Assembly: GCF_964213995.1 (NCBI RefSeq)
Contig: NW_027590338.1
Coordinates: 248,001-312,000 of the forward strand
Direction of reading: 5' to 3'
DNA from: Mustelus asterias
Lineage: Eukaryota
Length of the DNA: 64,000 nucleotides
The translations under genes were made by a program, and so were the position numbers. Positions 25,940 through 39,100 of the stretch are shown in pieces (within the stretch, counting starts at the first letter, position 1; every line of letters starts with the position of its first letter). The notes under the pieces are model-generated. The model was not told where the DNA came from. It did no database searches and saw only the letters and a list, made by a program, of their open reading frames with translations.

Positions 25940-28340
25940 GGGAAGGGGGTGGTCAATGCAGGACTGCGGGTGTTGTACCTAAATGTGCACAGAATATGGA
26001 TCAAGGTAAATGAGCTTGTTGCGCACATTAAAATTGGCCGGTACGATGTTGTGGGCATCACAGAGACATGGCTGCAAGGGGATCAGGGCTGGGATCTAAA
26101 TATCCAAGGATAGGTGTCCTATTGGAAGAACAGGCAGATGGGCAAAGGAGGTGGGGTTGCATTGTTATTAAGGAATGGCGTTAAATCAATAGCAAGAAGC
26201 GACATAGGATCAGAAGGCATAGAATGTGGGTAGAGTTGAGGAAAAACAATGGTAAAAAATACCCTGATGGAAGTTATGTACAGGCCTCCAAGCAGTAGTC
26301 AGGATGAGGGGCAGAAAATAAATCTGGAGATAGAGAAGGCATATAAAAAGGCAATAGTTACAATAATTAATGGGGACTTCAATATCCAGGTGGTCTGGGA
26401 AAATCCGTTAGGTCGTGGATCCCAAGAAAAGGAATTTGTGGAATGTCTGAGAGATGGTTCTTTGGACCACCTTGTGACAGAGCCTACTGGGGAACTGGGA
26501 ATTCTGGATTTGGTGATGTGTAATGAGGCAGATTTGATTAGGGAACTTAAAGTGAAGTAACGCTGAGAGAGCAGTGACCACAATATGATAGAATTTACCC
26601 TGCAGTTTGAGAGGGAGAAGCTAGAATCAGATGCAAGGATATTACAATTAAATAGTGGTAACTACAAAGACATGAGGGAGGAGCTGGTTGGAGTTGATTG
26701 GAAAGGGAGCCTAGCAGGGGAGACAGTGGAACAGCAATGGCAGGAGTTTTGGGGGCTTATTCCCGAGGCACAACAGAAATTCATCCCAAGGAGGAGGAAA
26801 CCTGCCAAAGAGAGGATGAAGCGTCCATGGCTTACGAGGAAAGTCAAGGACAGCATAAAAGCAATATAATCAGTGGAGGCAGGGAGTGTCCCAGAGGACT
26901 GGAAAGTTGCTAATGTAACACCGCTGTTTAAGAAGGGAGGGAGGCAGCAGACGGGAAATTATAGGCCGGTTTGACTGACTTCGTTCATTGGCAACATTTT
27001 AGAGTCCATTATTAAATATGAGATTACGGAGTACTTGGAAGTGCATGATGAAATAGGACTGAGTCAGCACGGCATTGTCAAGGGGAGCTCATGTCTGACA
27101 AATCTGTGAGAGTTCTTTAGGAGGTAACAAGGAAGTTAGATAAAGGAGAACCAGTGGACCTGATTTATTTGGATTTCCAAAAGGCCTTTGACAAGGTGCC
27201 ACGTCGGAGCCTGTTAAAAAAATTAAGAGCCCATGGTGATAAGGGTAAGACCCTGGCATGGATAGAGGGTTGGTCGACTGGCAGAAGGCAGAGAGTGGGG
27301 ATAAATGGGTATTTTTTAGGATCGCAGCTGGTGACTAGTGGTGTGCCTTAGGGGTCGGTGCTGGGAACACAACTTTTCACAATACACATTAACGATTTGG
27401 AAGAACGAAATGAAGCCACTGTTGCCAATTTTGCAGATGATGGAAAGATATGTAGAGGGAGAGATAGTATTGAGGAAGCAGGGGGACTGCACAAGGACTT
27501 GGACAGGTTAGGAGAGTGGGCAAAGAAGTGGCAGATGGAATATAACGTGGAAAAGTGTGAGATTATGAACATTGGAAGGAGAAATGGAGGCATAGACTAT
27601 TTTCTAATTGGGGAAATGCTTAGGCAATCAGAAGCACAAACGGACTAGGGAGTCCTTGTTCAAGATTCTCTGAAGGTTAACGTGTAGGTTCAGTTCGCAG
27701 TCAGGAAGACAAATACAATGTTAGCATTCATGTCGAGAGGGCTGGAATACAAGAGCAGGGATGGACTTCTGAGGCTACATAAGGCTAGATTTGGAGCATT
27801 GTGAGCGGTTTTGGGCCCAGTCTCTGAGGAAGGATGTGCTGGCCTTGGAAAGGGTCCAGAGGAGTTTCACAAGAATGATCCCTGGAATGAAGAGCTTGTC
27901 GTATGAGGAACGGTTGAAGACTCTGGGTCTGTACTCGATGGAGTTTCGATGGATGAGGGTGATCTTATTGAAGCTTACAGGATACTGCGAGGCCTGGATA
28001 GAGTGGACGTGGAGAGGATGTTTCCACTAATAGGAAAAACTAGAACCAGAGGGCATAACCTCAGGCTAAAGGGACGGTCCTGCAAAACGGAGATAAGGAG
28101 GAATTTCTTCAGCCAGAGAGTGGTGAATCTGTAGAATTCGTTGCCACAGAGGGCTTTGGAGGCCAGGTCATTGAGCATCTTTAAGACAGAGATAGATGGG
28201 TTCTTGATCAATAAAGGAATCAAGGGTCATGGGGAGAAGGCAGGAGAATGGGGATGAGAATCATATCAGCCATGATTGAATGATGGAGCAGACTCGGTGG
28301 GCCGAATGGCCTAAATCTGTTCCTCTGTCTCAAGGTTTTA
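25940..28340 (+). mobile_element. CR1 LINE ORF2, degenerate with internal deletion
   Basis: VGITETWL, YRPP, GDFN, DFQKAFDKV, FADDGK; several stops. Confidence 0.9.
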
Positions 28341-28349
28341 TGACGAGAG

Positions 28350-28780
28350 ATTGTATCGGCTTGGGCAGTTTTCCTTGGAGCAGAGAAGACTGAGGGGCGA
28401 CCTGATCGAGGTGTACAAGATTATGAGGGACATGGACAGAGTGGATAAGGAGCAGTTGATTCCCTCAGTTGAAGGGTCAGTTAAGAGAGGACATAGGTTC
28501 AAGGTGAGGGTCAGGAGGTTTGGGGGGATGTGAGGAAAAGTCCTTTACCCAGAGGGTGGTGATGGTCTGGAATGCGCTGCCTGGGAGGGTGGTCGAGGCG
28601 GGATGCCTCACATCCTTCAAAAAGTGCCTGGCTGAGCACTTGGCACATCATAACACTCAGGGCTACGGACCAGGTGCTGGTAAATGGGATTACGTGGGCA
28701 GGTCAGGGCATTTCATGCGTCAGTGCAGACTCGATGGGCCGAAGGGCCTCTTCTGCGCCATGTGATTCTATGATTCTCTG
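28350..28780 (+). mobile_element. CR1 3' fragment
   Basis: FSLEQRRLRGDLIEVYK and tail TGATTCTATGATTC. Confidence 0.85.
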
Positions 28781-28876
28781 AGTGTTGCTGAGGTCATGGA
28801 GTAGCGGGGAAGTGATGGGTTCATGCTGGTTGGGTTGGTGGGGATCAGGTGGTGGGAGAGGCAGGTGTGAGTGGAA

Positions 28877-31777
28877 TGTTAGAATGGAATCAATGTAACA
28901 ACCAACAGAACCACATTGGATCTGATGTAGTGACCAATGGGAACAAGCCATAAGGGTCAGCTGACCTAGGAAACTATGTAACCAATGAGAAAATGACGTG
29001 GCGATCAGCTGACCAGCTGACTCAGTATAAGTAAGAAGCTGCTGTGGTTTGTGGGAGCTTGGAATGGCCCAGGGTGAGGTCTCGAGTGTTGGAATAATGA
29101 AGTTTCATTATTAAACCTTTCTGTTTGATTTACAAGTTGGAGTAAGTTTTGTTTCATTTTATTGCCAGGGGTTAGAAATAGGAAAGGAGCGGTGACGTTG
29201 TTAGGAGTTTACTATCGGCCCCCAAATAGTAATAGAGATGTAGAGGAAGAAATTGCCAAGCAGATTATGGATATGTGTGGGGGTCACAGGGTAGTTGTCA
29301 TGGGGGACTTTAACTTTCCAAATATTGATTGGAACCTTTATAGGTCGAATAGTTCGGATGGGGTAGTTTTTGTGCAGTGTGTGCAGGAGGGTTTCCTGAC
29401 ACAATATGTGGATAGGCCGACAGGAGGTGAGGCCACATTGGATTTGGTACTGGGAAATGAACCGGGCCAAGTGTTAGATTTGGTTGTGGGAGAGCACTTT
29501 GGAGATAGTGACCACAATTCGGTGTCTTTTGTTATTGCAATGGAGAGGGATAGGGCCATACGGCAGGGCATAGTTTACAATTGGGGGAGAGGTAATTATG
29601 ATGAAATCAGGCGGGAATTAGGAAGAATAAGTTGGGAACAGAAACTGTCAGGGAAAGGCACGATTGAAAAGTGGAACTTTTTCAAGGAACAAATACTGCG
29701 TGTCATTCATAGGTATGTCCCTGCCAGGCAGAGAGGAAATGGCTGGTGAGGGATCCATGGTTCACAAAACAGGTGGAATGTCTTATCAAGAGGAAGAAGG
29801 AAGCGTATGTTAGGTTGAGGAAACAAGGTTCAGTTGGCTCGATGGAAGGTTACAAGTTAGCAAGAAATGAGCTGAAAAGGGGGCTTAGGAGAGCTAGGAG
29901 GGGGCATGAGAAGTCATTGGTGGGTCGGATCAAGGAAAACCCCAAGGCTTTTTACTCTTATGTGAGGAGTAAAAGAATGACCAGGGTGTGGCTGGGGCCA
30001 GTCAAGGACGGCAGGGGGAATTTGTGCATGGAGTCAGAAGAGATAGGAGAGGTGATGAATGAATACTTTTCTTCGGTGTTCACCAAGGAGAGGGGCCATG
30101 TTTTTGAGGCAGAGAGGGTGTCACAGGCTGATAGGCTGGATGAAGTAGATGTTCGGAGGGAAGATGTACTATCAATTTTGAATAAACTGAAAGTTGATAA
30201 GTCCCCTGGGCCTGATGAAATATATCGTGGGATTCTTTGGGAGGCAAGGGATGAGATAGCAGAGCCTTTGGCTTTGATCTTTGCGTCCTCACTGTCCACG
30301 GGGGTGGTGCCAGAGGACTGGAGAGTGGCAAATGTTGTTCCTCTGTTTGAGAAAGGGAATAGAAATGACCCTGGTAATTATAGGCCGGTTAGTCTTACTT
30401 CGGTGATTGGTAAGTTGATGGAAAAGGTCCTTAGGAATGGGATTTAAGACGATTTGGAAATAAGCGGCTTAATCCGGGATAGTCAGCACGGATCTGTGAA
30501 GGGCAAGTCTTGCCTCACAAATTTGATAGAATTTTTTGAGGAGGTAACTATGTGTGTAGATGAAGATAGTGCAGTTGATGTCAGATACATGGATTTTAGT
30601 AAGGCGTTTGATAAAGACCCCATGGTCGGCTTATGAAGAAAGTAAGGATGTGTGGGATAGAGGGAAAGTTGGCCGATTGGATAGGTAACTGGCTATCTAA
30701 CAGAAGACAGAGGGTGGTGGTGGATGGAAAATGTTCGTACTGGAAACCGGTTACCAGCGGAGTGACACAGGGATCAGTGCTTGGTCCTCTGCTATTTGTA
30801 ATTTTTATAAATGACTTGGAGGAGGGAGCTGCAGGGTGGATCAGTAAATTTGCTGATGACACCAAGATTGGTGGAGTAGTGGATGAGGGGGAGGTCTGTT
30901 GTAGGCTGCCAAGAGACATAGATAGGATGCAAAGCTGGGCTGAAAAATGGCAAATGGAGTTTAACCCTGATGAATGTGAGGTGATTCATTTTGGTAGGAC
31001 TAATTTAAATGTGGATTACAGGGTCAAAGGTAGGGTTCTGAGGACTGTGGAGGAACAGAGAGATCTTGGGGTCCATATCCACAGATCCCTAAAGGTTGCC
31101 ACTCAAGTGGATAGAGCTGTGAAGAAGGCCTATAATGTGTTAGCTTTTATTAACAGGGGGTTGGAGTTTAAGAGCCGTGGGGTTATGCTGCAACTATACA
31201 GGACCTTGGTGAGACCACATTTGGAATATTGTGTGCAGTTCTGGTCAACTCACTATAAGAAGGATGTGGAAGCGCTGGAAAGAGTGCAGAGGAGATTTAC
31301 CAGGATGCTGCCTGGTTTGGAGGGTAGGTCTTGTGAGGAAAGGTTGAGGGAGCTAGGGTGTTCTCTCTGGAGCGGAGGAGGCTGAGGGGAGACTTAATAG
31401 AGGTTTATAAAATGATGAAGGGGATAGATAGAGTGAACGTTCAAAGACTATTTCCTCGGGTGGATGGAGCTATTACAAGGGGGCATAACTATAGGGTTCA
31501 TGTTGGGAGATATAGGAAGGATGTCAGAGGTAAATTCTTTACGCAGAGAGTGGTTGGGGTGTGGAATGGACTGCCTGCAGTGATAGTGGAGTCAGACACA
31601 TTAGGAACATTTAAGCGATTATTGGATCGGCACATGGAGCACACCAGGATGATAGGGAGTGGGATAGCTTGATCTTGGTTTCAGATAAAGCTCGGCACAA
31701 CATCGTGGGCTGAAGGGCCTGTTCTGTGCTGTACTGTTCTATGTTCTAACTGAAGAGTCCCTTCTGTTGGATGAACA
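28877..31777 (+). mobile_element. Solo LTR (~320 bp) split by a CR1 insertion
   Basis: TGTT start 28877 and AACA end 31777, with 5-bp TSD TGGAA (28872-76 / 31778-82). Internal CCAAT x2, TGACGT, TATAA 29026 and ATTAAA 29110. Confidence 0.65.
29168..31748 (+). mobile_element. 5'-truncated CR1 LINE ORF2 with a few disablements
   Basis: Endonuclease C-half and complete RT motifs across ORFs 29162-31672; tail TGTTCTATGTTCTA. Confidence 0.95.
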
Positions 31778-33009
31778 TGGAATACCGAGGGGGGTGGGGT
31801 GTTTATTTGGGGTGGGGGTGGGGTAGGGCATGAGGGGCTGTCCCATAAGGGACACCATCTGCACCTTTAAAATAAAATCCAAAGTTACAAGAGAGTTTCC
31901 CCCTCCTAATGTTTTCAGTGTGGCTATGATCTGATGTCAGTGATTGAAATCAGTTTGTCAGATGGTAGCAGGCACAGCACAACTCTCCAGTAGAATAGGC
32001 CCTATGGACAATCGTCGGGTAAACCCTTAACTATCTGAGGGGCAACAAGTACAATATTACCCAGCCCCCCTTCCCGTTATCAGACAGATCCCCCCCCCAC
32101 CCCCCCACCAACCAGCCCATGCTTCAACCCATTATTAATTAAAACTCTGTCTGTCTCCTCAAATTTGCCATGTACCAGTGAAGACGAGAATGGGTTAATG
32201 AACTTTGTAACACTTAAGCGTTGAGACCCGAACGCTGTAATAATTAAGAGATTTGTGAGAGGCAATGCAGAGCTCATTGTTTTCGTGTCCGTAAAGCTTG
32301 TTTTCATGTATCAAACCAGATAAGAGAGACAGCTGTCCTTGCTGCGGTTTTCAACCATATGATTTTCCCAGCTAATATAAGCTAAGCAGAGTCAGCGAAG
32401 GAGAATCCATTTTAACATGGTGGAACTTACATGTATACCTTCTGTGATTGTATAATCATAAATTCACATTTATTAATTATATACTATTCTTCCTCACCGA
32501 TATAAAGTGTTATATAGACCCCTGTACGTCAGTTAACCTGTGTGTACAAACTTATAATCTGAACAACCCACAGGAGTCCACACAGAGGCGACAAACAGGC
32601 AGCCTTGAGATGGCCACGATTACATGGACTACGTGAAGGATGGAATCACTGAGGCAGCAATAATCGTGGGAAGATACAGACGTGACCAGGGGCGAAAATA
32701 TAGGTATAAATGTTTGCTCATGATCTGTATTCGGTGAGAAGTCTGGAGACCGCGTTAGGGATCGGACTTCTCCCACAATTGTGAAAATAAACCACTGTAC
32801 TTTGACTCACGACTGGTCTCAGAGTTATTATTTTACCTACAACACCAGCATCCACGGCACTCCGAGGTAATGAATTCCACAGATTCACCACCCATTGAGA
32901 GAAGTAATTTCTCCTCATATCTGTTTTAAATCTGCTACCCTTTTCCCGTAAGATGCCCTACCTTGTCCTACACTGTGATTCCTGTTAGGCTGCTTTATAC
33001 CACTCCCAC

Positions 33010-33312
33010 TCCGGTGGCACAGTGATTAGCACTGCTGCCTCACAGCGACAGGGACCTGGGTTTGATTGCCGTCTTGCGTCACTGTCTGTACGCAGTCTGC
33101 ACATTCTCCTCATGTCTGAGTGGGTGTCCTCCGGGTGCTCCAGTTTCCTCCCACAGTGCAAAGACGTGCTGGTTACGGTGCATTGACCGTGCTAAATTCT
33201 CCCTCAGTGTAACCCGAACAGGCGCCGGAATGTGGCGACTCGGGGATTTTCACAGTAACGTCATTGCAGTGTTGATGTAAGCCTACTTGTGACACTCATC
33301 AATAAACTTTAT
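33010..33312 (+). mobile_element. V-SINE
   Basis: A box TGGCACAGTGA, B-box-like GGTTTGATTGC, V-domain, tail AATAAACTTTA. Confidence 0.85.
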
Positions 33313-33769
33313 ACTTATTCACTGGTGCTTGAGTGTTAAACATCCCGATACAATCAGCACTTCTTTCCAGAGCAAAAGCATTCACATTCCAAGAGATACA
33401 TGGGAGAGTGTACATTGGAGGGCCGACGTGCAGCACTTTTCTTTGTTCTTAAGGCATAAATATCTTTAAGCATGTTGATTTTGAAATAATTTTATCCAAA
33501 ATTTAACATAAATTTGCCTTCTTTATATCAGGCTATGGATCTGACTCTTATGGTAAGAACAACACCCTTCAGTTCAGTACCTGTTATTCAACTCCTCCAA
33601 GACAGTCACGGGGGCGATGGATTATTCACTCAAACATTTCCCTAAGATGCTTTTAGGATGATAAGCTTTGGAAATTTAAGCAGATAGTGAAAAATCATGA
33701 TGGTTCAAATAATCCGATCACATTGCAGAATACCAAGACAAATATAACCTGGTGCCTGGTTTATTGGTT

Positions 33770-34350
33770 TAGCTGTGTTACCTCACAGCACCAGGGAACT
33801 GGGTTTGATTCCAGGCTTGCGTCACTGTTTTTGTGGAGCCTGCATGTTCTCCCCGTATCTGCGTGGTTCTCCTCTGTGTGCTCCAGTTTCACCCCACAGT
33901 CCAAAGATGTGCAGATTAGGTGGATTGGCCATGCTAAATTGCCCCTTGTTGTCCAGAGATGACAAGATTAGGTGAATTAACCATGCAAAATTGCCCCTTT
34001 GTGTCCAATGATGTGCAGGTTAGGGGGATTGGCTGTACAGATTATCCTTTAGTGTCCAAAGATGTACTGGTTAGGGGGATTGGCCATGATAAATTACCCC
34101 TTATTGTCCAGAGATGACAAGGTTAGGTGAATTGACCATGCAAAATTGCTCCTTAATGTCCAATGATGGGCAAGTTAGGGGGATTGGCCATCCTTAATTG
34201 CTCCTGAGAGTCCAAATGTGCTCGTTAGGTGGATTGGCCATGCGAAATTCTCCCTCAGTGAACCTGAACAGGCACTGGAGTGTGGCGACTAGGGGATTTT
34301 CACAGTAACTTAATTGCAGTGTTAATGTAAACTGACCGATGACACTAAAA
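33770..34350 (+). mobile_element. V-SINE with internal ~51-bp tandem expansion
   Basis: About 7 copies of GTTAGGTGGATTGGCCATGCTAAATTGCCCCTT...GTCCAAAGATG at 33910-34250. Confidence 0.8.
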
Positions 34351-34707
34351 ATGACATTTTAAGAAAGCTAATTTTATTGTTACGGTTCATATGCAGATTT
34401 AAAACACACGTGATTATTGCCCTCTCTTTAACAAGGGCACACAGAGTTTATTCTTGTACAAAAGCAAGGTACTGCAGAAACTGGAATCGGAAAGAATTCT
34501 AACGAAGGATCATCCAGAGTTGAAACATTGGCTCTATTCTCTCTCCACAGATGCTGTCAGACCTGCTGATTTAACGGCATTTTCTGTATTTGTTTCTTCT
34601 GGTATACTTTACCACTCTTACTGGTGGATTCTTTCCCCAAGAACTCCTCATCTCCAGACATACAACTTCCACTTTCCAGCATCCTCAGCCCAATGAATCT
34701 CTAACAC

Positions 34708-35425
34708 GACACGGTGGCACAGTGGTTATCACTGCTGCCTCACAGCAGCATGGTGGCACAGTGGTTAGCACTGCTACCTCACAGCGACACGGTGGCACAG
34801 TGGTTAGCACTGCTGCCTCACAGCGACATGGTGGCACAGTGGTTATCACTGCTGCCTCGCAGCGACACGGTGGCACAGTGGTTCGCACTGCTGCCTCACA
34901 GCGACATGGTGGCACAGTGGTTATCACTGCTGCCTCGCAGCGACACGGTGGCACAGTGGTTAGCACTGCTGCCTCACAGCGACATGGTGGCACAGTGGTT
35001 AGCACTGCTGCCTCACAGCGACATGGTGGCACAGTGGTTATCACTGCTGCCTCACAGCGACACAGTGGCACAGTGGTTAACACTGCTGCCTCAGAGCAGC
35101 ACGGTTGCACAGTGGGTAGCACTGCTGCCTCACAGTGACACGGTGGCACAGGGGTTAGGCACTGCTGCCTCGCAGGAGCACGGTGGCACAGTGGTTAGCA
35201 CTGCTGCCTTTCAACGGCAGAGACCCGTGTTCAATTCCCAGCTTGGGTCATTGTCTGTGTTCAGTCTGCATGTTTCCCCGTGTCTGTGTGTGTATCGTCC
35301 GGGTGCTCCTGTTTCCACTCACAGTCTGAAAGACGTGCTGGTTAGGTGCATTGGCCATGCCAAATTCTCCCTCAGTGAACCCGAACAGGCGCCGGAGTGT
35401 GGCGACCAGGGGATTTTCACAGTAG
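34708..35425 (+). mobile_element. V-SINE whose 39-bp tRNA head (A box) is tandemly amplified 13 times
   Basis: Unit ACGGTGGCACAGTGGTTAGCACTGCTGCCTCACAGCGAC; a single B box (~35228) and body follow. Confidence 0.9.
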
Positions 35426-35529
35426 ATTCATAGAGGTTTACAACATGGAAACAGGCCCGTTGGCCCAACTTGTCCACACCTGCAGTTTTTACCAATAAGC
35501 GAGTTCAAATTGCCCACATTTGGCCCATA

Positions 35530-36100
35530 TTCAGGACAGGGAGGGAGGCAAGAGAAGGGGTGGAGTGGCACTGCTGATCAGGGATAGTGTCACAGCTGTA
35601 GAGAAGGTGTATGCTGTGGAGGCATTATCGACAGAGTCTCTCTGGGTGGAAGTTCGGAGTGGGAAGGGGTCGATCACTTTGCTGGGAGTTTTCGATAGGC
35701 CACCCAATAGTAAAAGGGAGGTGGAGGAGCAGATAGGGAAACAGATCCTGGAGAGTTGCAATAATAGCAGAGTTGTTGTGATGGGAGACTTTAATTTCCC
35801 AAACATAGAATGGAATATCCCGAGGGTAAGTGGCTTGGATGGGGAGGAGTTCGTTAGGTGTGTTCAGGAGCGTTTCCTGACACAGCATGTGGACAAGCCG
35901 ACAAGAGGAGAGGCTGTGCTTGAGCGGATACTGACCAATGACCCTGGACAGGTGTCAAATCTTTCAGTGGGAGAGCATCTTGAGGATAGCGATCATAACT
36001 TTATCTCCTTTATGCTTCCATTGGAAAAAGAGAGGATCAGGCAAGCAAGGAAAGCGTTTATATGGAGTAAGGGGAAATATGAAGACAAAAGGCAGCAAAT
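35530..36100 (+). mobile_element. CR1 endonuclease fragment
   Basis: GGVALLI, RPPNS, GDFNFP, SDHN. Confidence 0.88.
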
Positions 36101-39100
36101 AGAACATAGAACATAGAACAGTACAGCACAGAACAGGCCCTTCAGCCCACGATGTTGTGCCGAGCTTTATCTGAAACCACGATCAAGTTATCCCACTCCC
36201 TATCATCCTGGTGTGCTCCATGTGCCTATCCAATAATCGCTTAAATGTTCCTAAAGTGTCTGACTCCACTATCACTGCAGGCTGTCCATTCCACACCCCA
36301 ACGACTCTCTGCGTAAAGAACCTACCTCTGATATCCTTCCTATGTCTCCCACCATGCACCCTATAGTTATCCCCCCTTGCAATAGCTCCATCCACCCGAG
36401 GAAATAGTCTTTGAACGTTCACTCTATCTATCCCCTTCATCATTTTATAAACCTCTATTAAGTCTCCCCTCAGCCTCCTCCGCTCCAGAGTGAACAGCCC
36501 TAACTCCCTCAACCTTTCCACATAAGACCTACCCTCCAAACCAGGCAGCATCCTGGTAAATCTCCTCTGCACTCTTTCCAGCGCTTCCACATCCTTCTTA
36601 TAGTGAGTTGACCAGAACTGCACACAGTATTCCAAATGTGGTCTCACCAAGGTCCCGTATAGTTGCAGCATAACCCCACGGCTCTTAAACTCCAACCCCC
36701 TGTTAATAAAAGCTAACACACTATAGGCCTTCTTCACACCTCTATCCACTTGAGTGGCAACCTTTAGAGATCTGTGGATATGGACCCCAAGATCTCTCTG
36801 TTCCTCCACAGTCTTCAGAACCCTACCTTTGACCCTGTAATCCACATTTAAATTAGTCCTACCAAAATGAATCACCTCACATTTATCAGGGTTAAACTCC
36901 ATTTGCCATTTTTCAGCCCAGCTTTGCATCCTATCTATGTGTCTTTGCAGCCTACAACAGCCCTCCACCTCATCCACTACTCCACCAATCTTGGTGTCAT
37001 CAGCAAATTTACTGATCCACCCGTCAGCCCCCTCCTCTAAGTCATTAATAAAAATCACAAAGAGCAGAGGACCAAGCACTGATCCCTGTGGCACTCCGCT
37101 AGCAACCTGCCTCCAGTCCGAAAATTTTCCATCCACCACCACCCTCTGTCTTCGATCAGATAGCCAGTTACCTATCCAATCGGCCAACTTTCCCTCTATC
37201 CCACACCTCCTTACTTTCATCATAAGCCGACCATGGGGGACCATATCAAACACCTTACTAAAATCCATGTATATGACATCAACTGCCCGACCTTCATCAA
37301 CACACTTAGTTACCTCCTCAAAAAATTCAATCAAATTTGTGAGGCACGACTTGCCCTTCACGAATCCGTGCTGACTATCCCGGATTAATCCGCATCTTTC
37401 TAAATGGTCGTAAATCCCATCCCTAAGGACCTTTTCCATCAATTTACCAACCACTGAAGTAAGACTAACCGGTCTATAATTACCATGGTCATTTCTATTC
37501 CCTTTCTTAAACAGAGGAACAACATCCGCCACTTTCCAGTCCTCTGGCACCATCCCCGTGGACAGTGAGGACCCAAAGATCAAAGCCAAAGGCTCTGCAA
37601 TCTCATCCCTTGCCTCCCAAAGAATCCTAGGATACCTTTCATCAGGCCCAGGGGACTTATCGACCTTCAGTTTATTCCAAACTGCCAGGACATCCTCCCT
37701 CCGAACAACTATTTCCTCCAGCCTATTAGCCTGTAACATCTTCTCTTCCTCAAAAACATGGCCCCTCTCCTTGGTGAACACTGAAGAAAAGTATTCATTC
37801 ATCACCTCGCCTATCTCTACTGACTCCATACACAAGTTCCCACGACTGTCCTTGACCGGCCCGAACCTCACCCTGGTCATTCTGTTATTCCTCACATAAG
37901 AGTAAAAAGCCTTGGGGTTTTCCTTGATCCGACCCGCCAAGGACTTCTCATGTCCCCTCCTAGCTCTCCTAAGCCCCTTTTTCAACTCATTCCTTGCTAT
38001 CTTGTAACCCTCAATCGAGCCATCTGAACCTTGTTTCCTCATCCCTACATAAGCTTCCCTCTTCCTTTTCACAAGACATTCCACCTCTTTTGTGAACCAT
38101 GGTTCCCTCACTCGGCCATTTCCTCCCTGCCTGACAGGGACATGCCTATCAAGGACACCCAGTATTTGTTCCTTGAAAAAGTTCCACTTTTCATTAGTGC
38201 CTTTCCCTGACAGTTTCTGTTCCCATCTTATGCCCCCTAATTCTTGCCTAATCGCATCATAATTACCTCTCCCCCAATTGTAAACCTTGCCCTGCCGTAT
38301 GACCCTATCCCTCTCCATTGCAATAACAAAAGACACCGAATTGTGGTTACTATCTCCACAGTGCTCTCACACAACCAAATCTAACACTTGGCCCGGTTCA
38401 TTTCCCAGTACCAAATCCAATGTGGCCTCACCTCTTGTCGGCCTATCCACACATTGTGTCAGGAAACCCTCCTGCACACACTGCACAAAAACTGCCCCAT
38501 CCGAACTATTTGACCTATAAAGTTTCCAATCAATATTTGGAAAGTTAAAGTCCCCCATGGCAACTACCCTGTGACCCCCACACATATCCATAATCTGCTT
38601 AGCAATTTCTTCCTCCACATCTCCATTACTATTTGGTGACCTATACTAAACTCCTAACAACGTGACCGCCTCTTTCCTATTTCTAATTTCAGCCCATATT
38701 ACCTCCGTGTGCAGATCCCCCTCGAAGTGCCTTTCCGCAGCCGTTAGACTATCCTTGATTAACAATGCCACTGCTCCACCTCTTTTCCCAGCTTCCCTAC
38801 TCTTACTGAAACATCTATATCCCGGAACGTCCAACAACCATTCCTGTCCTTGTTCTACCCACGTCTCCGTAATGGCCACAACATCGTAGTCCCAAGTACC
38901 AATCCACGCCCCAAGTTCATCTACTTTGTTCCAGATGCTCCTTGCATTGAAGTAGGCACATTTCAACCCACCTTCCTGTCTACCAGTACCCACCCTTGAC
39001 CTTGATACCTTCCCCAGTACCCCACCACCCTCAACACTGACTTCTGGACTACAACTCCTTTTCCCACTCCCCTGACAAATTAGTTTAAACTCCCCTGAAG

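Noticed and set aside
34490-34600. Additional hammerheads in the second Penelope-type repeat (also ~1700 and ~3520)
   Set aside because: Core nucleotides and stem II are too degenerate to call.
34590-35433. Repetitive ORFs (HGGTVVSTAASQR)n
   Set aside because: Translation of the 39-bp SINE-head array, which is a multiple of 3.
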